Shown here in pieces: positions 26,750-36,616 of a stretch of 61,804 nt of DNA. The position numbers were made by a program, and so were the translations under genes. Below the pieces are notes generated by a model that saw only the letters and a list, made by a program, of their open reading frames with translations, had not been told where the DNA came from and did not search any database. Source of the stretch: a virus (Duplodnaviria > Caudoviricetes); the IMG/VR virus record IMGVR_UViG_3300047392_000043, positions 1 to 61,804 of that record. One strand, 5' to 3'. How positions within the stretch are numbered: the stretch's first letter is position 1; each line of letters begins with the position of its first letter.

Positions 26750-27504
26750 GTGTCTTTGCGTTCGATATCTTCTTCTACGCAACTTGATCCATACTGGACC
26801 TCAATGATTCTTACTGGCTCATCATGAGGATTTGTAAGTTGATGCCACTCCCCAACTGGAACCTTAAATTCCTCGTGGCGTGCTAATTCGCTACTTGGTA
26901 AAGCATAGCCGCTAGCCATCATACTATTGATATTAGCCCTGCCTTCACTAACAATCCAGTATTCGGAACGGTGTTGATGACGTTGCATGCTCAAACTCTT
27001 ACCAGGGTTGATTGTTAGTTCTTTTACTTTCATGCCGGGCACTTCATGCAACACACGATAGTAGCCCCATGGTCGCTCAGTCTTAGGTGCTTTCCATTCT
27101 TCTAGGATCCAAGAGCTAGAGTTGGCTTTGTTATCCCCGCCTACCCCAAACTTAAACAGTACGTTCTTAACAGCCATTTCTGGAATGTTTGCCGCAGTGC
27201 GATCTCCACCATTGACAAAGATGATTTCAGCGTAGGAGTAGCTTGATTGGAAACTTTCCAATAGCTTGACTGCACTACCATCGCTATCATCAAAAGCAAC
27301 AACTTCATCTACGCATCTCAATCCTTCTAGCACTGCTTGACGTTCAGCAAAGGGCATAAATGGACGTCCTTTTTTGCGTTCAAGCCAAGCATCAGAGTTT
27401 AGGCCAACGACTAACTTGTCGCCGAACTCACGAGCCTCTTGTAAGTATTTTATGTGCCCTGAATGAACAGGATCAAAGCCACCAGTTGCAATTACTATTT
27501 TCAT
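26746..27504 (-). CDS. bifunctional cytidylyltransferase (RfaE-II-like) plus mannose-6-phosphate isomerase-type cupin
   Basis: GGFDPVHSGH, NGGDR, NSSSWIL; then RPWG, SMQRHQHRSEYW, WHQL.N. Confidence 0.88.
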   Translation of the reverse strand: MKIVIATGGFDPVHSGHIKYLQEAREFGDKLVVGLNSDAWLERKKGRPFMPFAERQAVLEGLRCVDEVVAFDDSDGSAVKLLESFQSSYSYAEIIFVNGGDRTAANIPEMAVKNVLFKFGVGGDNKANSSSWILEEWKAPKTERPWGYYRVLHEVPGMKVKELTINPGKSLSMQRHQHRSEYWIVSEGRANINSMMASGYALPSSELARHEEFKVPVGEWHQLTNPHDEPVRIIEVQYGSSCVEEDIERKDT

Positions 27505-27554
27505 ATGAGTATTTATTGGCACATACTGTCCTGGTTTTTCAGAATAAGTATCGT

Positions 27555-28478
27555 ATGAAAACCTTTACCGAAATATTCAAGTGTAAGTATCCAATTGCTG
27601 TTATGGCAATGAACAAAGTATCCGATGTGCCATTGGCTATTGCAGTTCGACGTGCCGGGTGCTTACCAAGTCTCAGCATCTTCAATTACTTTACAAGGAT
27701 AGGAGTAATTGATCCACAATTGTTGGGTAAGGACATTGAACAGTATGCAAATGCAGTAGGCGATACGTCTATTCTAATTAGCGTAGATATTGGAAATTTG
27801 TTAGACTTGCCAGGCTTAGTAGATGTGCTATTAGCACGGCAAGTTGGAGCAGTTGAAATCATCTTAGACGATGCACATGAAAATGCAGCCTATAGACGCA
27901 GAGTAGTGTTGCCGCAGGTTATTAAACAATTGCAAGAAAACGGCAGCATGGTTTTTACTAAAACACTATTGCCAATGGATGTGATGGTTGGAGCAGATGG
28001 TATTATCCTTAAAGGACCAGATGGTGCAGGTCGTGGTAATGTATCTGGCGAATCACTAGAACAATTATTTGACAAGTACTCAACTAGTTTTCCAACACAA
28101 CGTGTGATTACATCTGGCGGTGTAGGAACAAGCCAGCAGTTAAAATATTATATAGATCGTGGTGCGTTTGGCGTAGGCATTGGTACTATGTTTGCAGTAA
28201 GTGCTGAAAGTAAAATTTCTACAGAAACAAAACTCAAGTTAGTAGCATCCAGTGCTGCCGACGTAAAACGATTAGACAACGGTAAAACAGATAGCGACAG
28301 TCAAAACGCTATTGTATTTGCAGAAACGCCTGGCGACAACAGCAACAACACTCGAGGCTTAATGGCTGGCATAAAAAGCCCAACAAGCGGGCATGTGTTT
28401 ATGGGCAAGGGCATTGAACATGCAACTGAAATTCTCACCTGCGAACAAATTGTTGCACGTTTAGTTAAAGATATTTAA
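27555..28478 (+). CDS. nitronate monooxygenase/FabK-like FMN TIM-barrel oxidoreductase
   Basis: KYPIAVMAM..VSDVPLAIAV..AG, GADGIIL, SGGVGT, GVGIGTMF...ES; start placed at MKTF. Confidence 0.75.
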   Translation: MKTFTEIFKCKYPIAVMAMNKVSDVPLAIAVRRAGCLPSLSIFNYFTRIGVIDPQLLGKDIEQYANAVGDTSILISVDIGNLLDLPGLVDVLLARQVGAVEIILDDAHENAAYRRRVVLPQVIKQLQENGSMVFTKTLLPMDVMVGADGIILKGPDGAGRGNVSGESLEQLFDKYSTSFPTQRVITSGGVGTSQQLKYYIDRGAFGVGIGTMFAVSAESKISTETKLKLVASSAADVKRLDNGKTDSDSQNAIVFAETPGDNSNNTRGLMAGIKSPTSGHVFMGKGIEHATEILTCEQIVARLVKDI

Positions 28479-29091
28479 ACTCTATTCCTCTATAGCAAAC
28501 AACACCTTGTGTGGTATTTGCTATAGCATAGCCTGCGGCAAGCATTAATGGAATAGCAGTTCCGCACTTACCGCCCCAGCCTGTTGGACTAGTAGTATCA
28601 GGCCACGAGTCATCAATAAGAATGATACTTTGTGGTGCCATGTACGGCAAGCAATATAGCGTTTGTAGTCTATGTTCTTCTTGACTGTTTTCGTTATTCA
28701 TAACAACACCACGGGCCGCGTAAGCCGCAATTTGATCGTGTAGCCATTGGTACTGTAAATTAACAGGGTCAATCCAATCAAAGTTGTCTAGATACAGCAC
28801 CGAAATTTGCTTGCCCAAAGTTGGCAATACATCGCGACACCATGCGTGTCCTGTTTCTGTAATATGAAATTTAATATCACCTGCACCGCCTGCATGATTG
28901 ATAAAGTGTCGTAATGCATCATCTGTAACGTCCACAGTGTGAAAATCTATACTATGCACTGACACCCAGTCTCTAAAGTAAGCTGTGCTTCCTTCGCCAC
29001 GTTCACTTCCAATTTCTACAACACATTTTGAACTATCTACTTGCAATTCGCGAAAGTGATTGTCTAATATTTTATATGGTAACATTCCCAT
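28465..29091 (-). CDS. class I SAM-dependent methyltransferase-like protein
   Basis: VVEIGS.RGEGST, TVD, LYLD, IDD. Confidence 0.7.
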   Translation of the reverse strand: MGMLPYKILDNHFRELQVDSSKCVVEIGSERGEGSTAYFRDWVSVHSIDFHTVDVTDDALRHFINHAGGAGDIKFHITETGHAWCRDVLPTLGKQISVLYLDNFDWIDPVNLQYQWLHDQIAAYAARGVVMNNENSQEEHRLQTLYCLPYMAPQSIILIDDSWPDTTSPTGWGGKCGTAIPLMLAAGYAIANTTQGVVCYRGIEFKYL

Positions 29092-30202
29092 GATTTAAAA
29101 ATTCCCTAAGTTGTTGTTCTGCTTCTTGCATTTTTATTTTTCGTTGACGTCGAATACACTCAACGTTATGCTCTAATCGTGTTTCTATATTTGGTATATT
29201 TCGAAAATATTCAAAACCACGTTTGTATGCTATTTCAGCCTGCACTGCAACAGCCTGTACTCTTTGTAGAGGATCGTCAACGTTATCATAACTTTGATCA
29301 ATTACATCGTCAAATAAATCTAATCCCAATGTCCGTAAAAATTTAACATGATGCTTGACAGTGTTAAAAATTGGGATTTGCCTCATTGCAAAAGGCTTAA
29401 TTGTTTTTTCAGTTACAAACAGTCGTTCCCAGTGGTGTAAACCGTCAGGGCATCGATAGCCAGTGGCTTGCTTTGTTCGTATTACCCAATCATGAACCAT
29501 TATGGCTACATTGGGTCGAACGTCATGGCTTGTTTCTGACACAATGTTAACGTATGCGTTTGTAAACTCTGTTCCATTTGAAGTATATTCATCTTCTCGA
29601 GAAATAAAGCCGTCAACCGTCATTGGAAAATAATGCTGTAGCTCAGGCGTTACAAATAAATCAATCCAGCCGTCGTCTATTGCCGCTTTATCGGACCCAC
29701 AGCTTACTATTGAATGTTCTAATAAATTGCGCTTAATTAGTTCTTCAGTTAACGCTACTCTGAACCAATTTGGCCTGCGGCACAAACTAATTAACAAGTT
29801 TGTACGAGTTTGCCAAGGTACTACTGTTTCCTTGCTATAGCCTTCTAGTCTTAGAGAGTCTACATGATAAAATGTTGGGTACGGGACAACATAGTTTCTA
29901 CGCTCCTCGCCGCCATTTATGAATATTATATGCTGTCGCGGAATGCCTAATCTATCAACAACATGATCAAAAACTTCATCAACCTTGTCAAGGTTAACAG
30001 CTTCGGTTATATCGTCAATGATCAAGCGATCTATTGCAGGGACTCCCGCCAATCGTTTAACTACAGACTCGTATAAACCTTTTCTAAAATCATCAGTAGC
30101 TTCGTGGCGCAGTAAACACACTACAATATTCAAATCAGGATATTCGTCGAGTACGTTCTTATACGGAAACTGATAGTTTTCTGTACTAACAAATTGTATC
30201 AT
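29072..30202 (-). CDS. putative glycosyltransferase-like protein (ET...TEK domain)
   Basis: SLCRRP..FR, NIVSET, FVTEKTIKP, LGLDLFDDVIDQSYD. Confidence 0.55.
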   Translation of the reverse strand: MIQFVSTENYQFPYKNVLDEYPDLNIVVCLLRHEATDDFRKGLYESVVKRLAGVPAIDRLIIDDITEAVNLDKVDEVFDHVVDRLGIPRQHIIFINGGEERRNYVVPYPTFYHVDSLRLEGYSKETVVPWQTRTNLLISLCRRPNWFRVALTEELIKRNLLEHSIVSCGSDKAAIDDGWIDLFVTPELQHYFPMTVDGFISREDEYTSNGTEFTNAYVNIVSETSHDVRPNVAIMVHDWVIRTKQATGYRCPDGLHHWERLFVTEKTIKPFAMRQIPIFNTVKHHVKFLRTLGLDLFDDVIDQSYDNVDDPLQRVQAVAVQAEIAYKRGFEYFRNIPNIETRLEHNVECIRRQRKIKMQEAEQQLREFLNHGNVTI

Positions 30203-32544
30203 ATTTCACTGACAAATTTCCAAAATGTACCATTGTTATAAGACGGAGTAGAATCAAACTTTTCTTTGTTGCGGTTAGCAATGTTCATTAGCTTGTGGAA
30301 CAAGTCAAAACGTTCCTGTCCTTCCATTGAGTTGATGCGTTTCAATTCTGTAATGATTTTATACATGCGAGTATTAGCATCGTACTCTTGATCGTATGAC
30401 TCATCAATAACGCCGTCGAATGTTTCAAATCCAAGACTTCTTAATACACGCAAAGACTCTGCGGGACCTACAATAATAAACGGATGCCCATGTGCAATAG
30501 CACGGAATGTCTTTTCGCTGATAAACACATCACCGTTTTCGTAAGTGGTTTCGGCAATTACACTTAGCAATGCTTGCTCATAATGATTGCTTACTTGCGG
30601 GCCATTTTGTGTTACATCATACTCGTCAATGGTCAATGGTGTGTCTAATACTGGTAAGATTCTAGCTTTCACATCGGGGTGCAAGTACAGTGAGTTTTCA
30701 GCAACTTCGGTTGCAGTTTTAACTACACCTGGGTACAGTTCGCCGCTTGGGACAAAGCTAACCATATTACCGTCAATTAAATTATGTAGGCGCATTTCGC
30801 CTACTAAGTGGCAACGATGTGCTTTGATAACACGGTTGTAACTTAAAAAGTTTGCAGTCTTATTTTCGTAAGCATGATTAACTACAATGTTTCTATCTAC
30901 CCAATTATTAATTGAAACAAAATTTAACAAGTTGATGTCATCTTTTGTTTTATTTGCTATTGCCAATGCTTGACCTTCGCTTTGCAATTCATTGGCATAA
31001 TACCATTGGTCTTTAGTCAATTCAGGCCAAAATTTAAGTAATCTATCTTGCCACATAAACGCATGAGCAATCATACCTTCGTGTGGTGTAATAAACACAA
31101 TGCGGTCATTGGATTTAAATTCGCCGATTCGAGTTTGTAGTGATTTAATGTATTCTTGGGCAACACTATCTTTATTAACTGCTTCCACTGGCGCCAGTGC
31201 AAAGTATGTCATTGGCTCGTCACGCTTGGAAGTAAATTTAAACTGCGAATACAACTCAACAAAGATATCACACTTATTGACAGGATTTAAAATGCGGCCA
31301 TTGATAGTAGGCAAGCTAAATTTTGGATTACCATAATGTACTACCTTGCAACCTGGAAACTCTTTAATTGTACGCCATGGATCAACTAAGATACTGCCGG
31401 GCGCAATGTCATAATAAAACTCATCTGCTTTAACTTCAACACCAGTACCAGCATACGTAATAGCAGGGTTATGTGCCATTAGTACTACAGCAGGGCCTGC
31501 TGGTGTAGTATCGTCACCTGTTAAGGGGTCAATGTAGTATAACTCTACGCCAGCATGTTCAACAAAATGTCCTACCAATAAGCTATAGCTGCCAATTGTA
31601 TAAGGAACATACGGCTTGTATGCTTTGCCGTGAATAACAACAGGAAGATTGTTTTCTTGTGCAAGTCGTACTAACTTACTGGCCATTGCTTGCGCTTGGC
31701 TATCACGAGCACTCATGATAGCATGGAACATATCGTAACCTAGATTTAACTTGCCACTTAACCAACGTAGTGCAATGTTATCGCGGGGGTGGCAAGCACC
31801 AGCATCGCCTAAACCTGCTGTCAAATAACGCGGACCAGTGATACGTTGTGTTGCGGCTTTGAGTGCATCTGTTACTACATCAACGTTGATGTTGCCATTC
31901 TTTTCAGCAACGTCTTGGATCATATTAACAAGACCAATCTTGGCAGAGATGAATGTGTTGTAAAAGATCTTGATAGCTTCTGCTTCGTCCCATGTACCTA
32001 CATTAACACGGGGCTCATTCTTCATTAAAGGCTTGTAAAATTCAATTAGCTCCTGTGCATCACCAGTGGTGCTACCATCTTCTGTACCAATGATCAAGCA
32101 TTCTGGATTGACCATATCCCACTTAACACTGCCCATGGCAATAAGATACGGATTGTAAATGAAACGTGCGTTGGTCAAATAGTGAATTAGTACGTCACGT
32201 ACAGTACCCGGTAGCACTGTAGAAATTAACACTACCAACTGATCTTGTGTAACGTGTGGATTGATTTGTTCAAAGACTTTAATAACAGGCGTGTAATCAA
32301 AGTCACATGGTGTCATGTTGGAGATTGGAGTCTCGCCACCGTATTGTGGATTGTGCGGTGTAGGTACTGCAACAAAGATAATGTCGGCACCTTTAACAGC
32401 TTCTTCAACTGAGCTTTTAATAGCCACTGTCATTGTGGGATCAACTGTGTTGATATCATATCCGCATACTTCGTAATGTTCAGCCATTACTTCTGCACAT
32501 GGTAAGCCTAGCTTACCCAATCCAATCATTGCTACACGTTTCAT
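30199..32544 (-). CDS. UDP-glucose dehydrogenase fused to an ET...SEK GT-like domain
   Basis: GLGKLG, AVPTP, STVLPGT, KIFYNTF, GACHPRD; C-terminal SVIAET, FISEKTFRA, GFETFDGVIDESYD. Confidence 0.85.
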   Translation of the reverse strand: MKRVAMIGLGKLGLPCAEVMAEHYEVCGYDINTVDPTMTVAIKSSVEEAVKGADIIFVAVPTPHNPQYGGETPISNMTPCDFDYTPVIKVFEQINPHVTQDQLVVLISTVLPGTVRDVLIHYLTNARFIYNPYLIAMGSVKWDMVNPECLIIGTEDGSTTGDAQELIEFYKPLMKNEPRVNVGTWDEAEAIKIFYNTFISAKIGLVNMIQDVAEKNGNINVDVVTDALKAATQRITGPRYLTAGLGDAGACHPRDNIALRWLSGKLNLGYDMFHAIMSARDSQAQAMASKLVRLAQENNLPVVIHGKAYKPYVPYTIGSYSLLVGHFVEHAGVELYYIDPLTGDDTTPAGPAVVLMAHNPAITYAGTGVEVKADEFYYDIAPGSILVDPWRTIKEFPGCKVVHYGNPKFSLPTINGRILNPVNKCDIFVELYSQFKFTSKRDEPMTYFALAPVEAVNKDSVAQEYIKSLQTRIGEFKSNDRIVFITPHEGMIAHAFMWQDRLLKFWPELTKDQWYYANELQSEGQALAIANKTKDDINLLNFVSINNWVDRNIVVNHAYENKTANFLSYNRVIKAHRCHLVGEMRLHNLIDGNMVSFVPSGELYPGVVKTATEVAENSLYLHPDVKARILPVLDTPLTIDEYDVTQNGPQVSNHYEQALLSVIAETTYENGDVFISEKTFRAIAHGHPFIIVGPAESLRVLRSLGFETFDGVIDESYDQEYDANTRMYKIITELKRINSMEGQERFDLFHKLMNIANRNKEKFDSTPSYNNGTFWKFVSEI

Positions 32545-32546
32545 AA

Positions 32547-34004
32547 TTATTCTTCTTTATTTTCAACTGCCTCTCGTGCAGCCTGTGATTCTTCGTATTC
32601 TCGCTTACATTGATCGTAGAAATAACCAATTTCTGGAAACACTGTTTTAAAGTCAGTGCCGTTACGGCGATCATGTTCGGTAATATACAAGTAAAAATCC
32701 CTTCTACTTACCTGATTGTCTAAACTGCCTTGCCATTCTGCAGAAGCAATGTTATACACACGTTGCAGGTTTTCTACTTCATGGGGATAAAAGCCATCGT
32801 GGTAATCAACATATTGATATGTTGCAGTATTGTGACGCATAAACTGAATAGAACGATCAAGCAGGACAAGCATGTAAGGGTCAGCTAATAGAGAACTTAG
32901 ATAACGTGGATGACGTAAGTAAGGAAAGTCCAATCCCACACCGCGCATGCCTGAATTGTTAATACTAACACTTGGGGCTTGACGTAATGCCAACATATCA
33001 CGTAAGAATGATTCAAAGCGTGGAATACTTAACAAGTTAAATGTGACCATTACTGTAATGCTTAACGCAGGATAGCGCAGTGTGATATCCCACAATGTGC
33101 GATACCATTGTTTATAGTTTAGGCCTGTACGAATGTATTCTGCTTGGTCGCCCCAGGTGTCACAGCTTGTAAAGATTTTTAAACTCTTTACCAAATTGTT
33201 TTCTTGAATGTAGTTGGCCTTTTCTAAAAACTCATTTAATAGCTTTTCATCTACGCCCAAGTTACTGTTGATAGCCAGGTCAAGTTCGGGATTTGGATGT
33301 TCAATGATCCAGTCAAGTACTTTAAATGTGTCCTTGGCTAACAGCGGTTCCCCGCCAGTAATGCGGAATACTTTTAGCTTTGGATACAGTGTAGGCCACC
33401 ATGCCCAAAATGCTTCAATGTACGGATTGTGTTCTCTATTAGGAATAGGCATGCGGCCTTGGCGTTCTAATTTAATAATGTCACGATCAACCCGTCCGCC
33501 GTCGAGTAGTACAGGACCGTAGCGTTTGGCTTCTTGCATGATTGTACTGCTAATATCTGGACTACAATATGCACAACCAAAGTTACATACATTAGAAAAC
33601 GATACTTCTACATACGCAGGCGTAACATCAGCGTCCCAAGGCATTTGTGACGACTGCTTTAAAAATGGTTGTCCCCAGACTGGATCGGCACTTTTATGCA
33701 CACGGTCAGAGAAGTGGTGCCCAGGAGAGTCTTCGGCTTTCCAGCAGTAGTCACATTCACTTGGACGTTCGCCTTCCAACATCTTTTTACGTTGTTCTTT
33801 TTTAAACTTGGTATTGTGTAGGGCAGAAGGATTGGCAATAATTTCTTCTACGGGAATATGATGCGTAGCAGGGTGGTGACACGAGTGTGTTTGCCCAGTT
33901 GCAAGATGGATAGTTACTTGCTGCCATTTAGCCACACAATATGAACTGCTGACAGCGTCTAATTGTTGCTTGACCTTGTTTAAATGAATTTTAATTGGTT
34001 CCAC
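32547..34004 (-). CDS. radical SAM protein with an N-terminal Twitch/SPASM-like Cys cluster
   Basis: CVAKW...THSCHH...ECDYCW; CNFGCAYC; ITGGEP. Confidence 0.88.
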   Translation of the reverse strand: MEPIKIHLNKVKQQLDAVSSSYCVAKWQQVTIHLATGQTHSCHHPATHHIPVEEIIANPSALHNTKFKKEQRKKMLEGERPSECDYCWKAEDSPGHHFSDRVHKSADPVWGQPFLKQSSQMPWDADVTPAYVEVSFSNVCNFGCAYCSPDISSTIMQEAKRYGPVLLDGGRVDRDIIKLERQGRMPIPNREHNPYIEAFWAWWPTLYPKLKVFRITGGEPLLAKDTFKVLDWIIEHPNPELDLAINSNLGVDEKLLNEFLEKANYIQENNLVKSLKIFTSCDTWGDQAEYIRTGLNYKQWYRTLWDITLRYPALSITVMVTFNLLSIPRFESFLRDMLALRQAPSVSINNSGMRGVGLDFPYLRHPRYLSSLLADPYMLVLLDRSIQFMRHNTATYQYVDYHDGFYPHEVENLQRVYNIASAEWQGSLDNQVSRRDFYLYITEHDRRNGTDFKTVFPEIGYFYDQCKREYEESQAAREAVENKEE

Positions 34005-35265
34005 ATTTACCTTCTAATGTACGTACTATGTCACGAGCAACAGTTGCTTTCATTTGGTTCTGATCTGTAACCAATTGTTGATTATGTTTGAGTACTGCCT
34101 GACATTGAGCCAGTATTGCATCAAATTCCTCGTCAGAAATACTTATCAGACGTTTTAACTCTCTTGCTACCAGATTGGCACGGGCAATTGGTTCTGGTTC
34201 CTCATCGTATTCCTCGTTAATGTACGGCGCAAACGTACGAAACCCAATTCGTTTTAAACCACGTAGATAGTAAGGCCCACTTAGTACTAAAAATATTTGC
34301 CCCGCAGCCATTGGCTTCCATATCTTTTCTGACGCAAATGCACTGTTAGTAAAGCACAATGTTTCCGTGACAAGATTGACAGGATGCTCACTATATAAGT
34401 CTGCGTTAAAGTCTAATGCATGATTGGTTTCAAAGTCTGTTCTGTCGGCTATCAATGGTAGCTTATTGTGTAACGTTTGAAACGCACTTTCATAACGATC
34501 TAAAAAGCCTACTTGCAGTTCTTTTAATTCGTCCCATAGTCTGCGTAAGTCCCATTGGTCTTTAGCCCATCCGATATCTGGTTCCTCAAAGTCTCGGGGC
34601 ATACTGATAGTACCGTGTTCGATTAATCCCCTACGTTCTAATATGGTCATCATCATAATGCGATGATAATGCGGGCGTCGATTTAAACTCATATAACGAC
34701 GACGTCTTGCGGTTTGTGCAGTGGCTTGTAATTGTCTGCTGGCCCATACTGCAAAGTATCCATAATATGAAACTGTCATTGCCGGACGAACACGATGTTG
34801 AGCGCACCACATTCTATAGTTGTCTTGTATGTTTAAGTCCCCACTTACATAAACAAGTCTATCTTCAAGACCGTGTTCCCTGCTCCAATTGTACAAGTCG
34901 CCAAACGCTTCTTCGCCAAAGCCTTCCATACTGTAATCAAGTACAATGCAACAAGAGTCGTCACGCCAAGCACGAAGTCTGTTATGGTCAGACGTAAACC
35001 ATTGGGTGATTAATTCAAGTTTGATTCTGTCCCAGCCACCGTGCAGTCCAATAACTACAACACCATTGGAATTATCTTTATAGTCAGGAAATGTTTTTAC
35101 AGTAATTTTAGATTTAAATTCGGGTAGTATGGTCGAATCAATTGCAGGTTGTACTGTAAAATGATCTATGTTGTCAGTGTTGTTAGTAATAAACTGCTGT
35201 AGATAGCTGTGCAATTCAAAAGGATTGTCATTTTTGTGATCACAGTACCATATCATTTCTTGCAT
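33991..35265 (-). CDS. putative glycosyltransferase-like protein (ET...SEK domain)
   Basis: SLNRRPHYHR, NLVTET, FASEKIWKP, IGFRTFAPYINEEYD; start after TATAAGTA. Confidence 0.55.
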   Translation of the reverse strand: MQEMIWYCDHKNDNPFELHSYLQQFITNNTDNIDHFTVQPAIDSTILPEFKSKITVKTFPDYKDNSNGVVVIGLHGGWDRIKLELITQWFTSDHNRLRAWRDDSCCIVLDYSMEGFGEEAFGDLYNWSREHGLEDRLVYVSGDLNIQDNYRMWCAQHRVRPAMTVSYYGYFAVWASRQLQATAQTARRRRYMSLNRRPHYHRIMMMTILERRGLIEHGTISMPRDFEEPDIGWAKDQWDLRRLWDELKELQVGFLDRYESAFQTLHNKLPLIADRTDFETNHALDFNADLYSEHPVNLVTETLCFTNSAFASEKIWKPMAAGQIFLVLSGPYYLRGLKRIGFRTFAPYINEEYDEEPEPIARANLVARELKRLISISDEEFDAILAQCQAVLKHNQQLVTDQNQMKATVARDIVRTLEGKCGTN

Positions 35266-35292
35266 GTGATACTTATAAAGCAAACGGCCAAG

Positions 35293-35336
35293 AAAAACCC
35301 CAACGTGCTTGGGTAATTAATCCGCAGAGGTTGGGG
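35293..35336 (-). terminator. intrinsic terminator-like hairpin after the GH19 lysin
   Basis: CCCCAAC...GTTGGGG stem followed by TTTTT on the minus strand. Confidence 0.6.
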
Positions 35337-35351
35337 CCGTGTTAAGTTTAT

Positions 35352-35987
35352 TTATTCGCTGTCTAGCTCTTCGAGTACTTCTAAAATGTGCTCATAGTGC
35401 TTTTTACGATCAGCTAAACCAATTGTACCACCGTTGATCTTTTTAGTAACAGTAGTGACATCACCTTTGTCAGCCCAGTCATTTAAGCGGCGTGTGTTCC
35501 AGAACCAACCCGCACTTAATACTGCAACTGGGTTTTCAGCTACACAATCTGGATCAGTTAGTAAGTCCATGTCTAATGCTTTACCACATGCAGTATAGTT
35601 GTCCTTGCCAGTTAATTGGATTACGCCACGACCGCGATACTTGTAACCGTCGCCAGAACTTTCTGGCCCATTGCCCATACGGCCGCCATAAACACGGTTA
35701 GCAATCTTTTCTGGCTTACGTGCATAAGGTACAGCTGACTCCTCTGTAGGGAAATACTTTTTAAATGTACCAGTTAAGCCCTTGGCACTGTAGTTCAAGT
35801 TTTCTTGTGTTGCCGCAAAGTTGCCAGATTCGTGAGCAGTTTGTGCAATAAACATGGCCATACGCTTTGGCGTATCAATTTCAAAGTGTTCAAACGTTTC
35901 GTTTAAACCTTCTACAAACTTTTCTAAGTTGCTACGCTTGGCTTCGGGCAAGCATGCTTCTAAGATATCAATTGTTAATTCAATCAC
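35352..35987 (-). CDS. GH19 chitinase-like endolysin
   Basis: FIAQTAHES, ENLNYS, YRGRGVIQLTG, SAGWFW, TKKINGG..GLADR. Confidence 0.93.
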   Translation of the reverse strand: MIELTIDILEACLPEAKRSNLEKFVEGLNETFEHFEIDTPKRMAMFIAQTAHESGNFAATQENLNYSAKGLTGTFKKYFPTEESAVPYARKPEKIANRVYGGRMGNGPESSGDGYKYRGRGVIQLTGKDNYTACGKALDMDLLTDPDCVAENPVAVLSAGWFWNTRRLNDWADKGDVTTVTKKINGGTIGLADRKKHYEHILEVLEELDSE

Positions 35988-35999
35988 GACAATCTCCTG

Positions 36000-36614
36000 T
36001 TATTGATCTTTTTTAATAGCACGGGCGATTTCATGCGCCTTGTTAATAGTGCTTTTCTTTAATGGTGGCTTGTCACCTGTGCTTTTCATTGCTTGCGCCA
36101 TGCCAATTGCATATGGGTTTTTATCAGCTTCACGAATACCTACGTTGATTTTAGTCTTCTGCTGAAACTTTCTTAATACTTCAAACTCTTGCGGGCTAAT
36201 TTTACCAGCGTGATACATTTTATTTACTAAGGCTTGAATCTCTGGTGGAATGCCTATGGGATTTTGTTTCTTGCTTGGTGCATCGTAGTTGCGATCTACT
36301 CGAACTGAATCAGTGTCGGCTTGATTAAAGTAGTCGCGCATTTGTGCTAAACTGGCTTCATCAACTAAGTCTTCGTCAGCTTCGTTTTTCATTCGACGTT
36401 CAAACTCAGCTGACCAATCATCTTCTTTATGGTTAAAGGCATTGTCTAATGCCTTTGTACCTTGTTTAACAACATCACCTGGCTTGGCTACTTTACCGTA
36501 GTATTCTTTCTTTCCAGCATCATCTTCAATGCTGTCACGGCTACCACGATAACCTTGACTGTCCATTTCTCGAATAAAGTCTGGGCCTTTATCGCCTAAA
36601 TCTGAAAATTTCAT
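36000..36614 (-). CDS. putative virion/internal head protein
   Basis: MKFSDL N-terminus, phi-x-E sites, NPYAIGMA module. Confidence 0.6.
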   Translation of the reverse strand: MKFSDLGDKGPDFIREMDSQGYRGSRDSIEDDAGKKEYYGKVAKPGDVVKQGTKALDNAFNHKEDDWSAEFERRMKNEADEDLVDEASLAQMRDYFNQADTDSVRVDRNYDAPSKKQNPIGIPPEIQALVNKMYHAGKISPQEFEVLRKFQQKTKINVGIREADKNPYAIGMAQAMKSTGDKPPLKKSTINKAHEIARAIKKDQ

Positions 36615-36616
36615 AA

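Noticed and set aside
27360-27554. N-terminal extension of the plus-strand oxidoreductase ORF
   Set aside because: It overlaps the opposite-strand cytidylyltransferase; family similarity and the promoter motif point to ATG 27555.
35293-35345. preQ1 or other riboswitch
   Set aside because: No preQ1 consensus or A-rich tail, and it is not upstream of que genes; a terminator explains it adequately.
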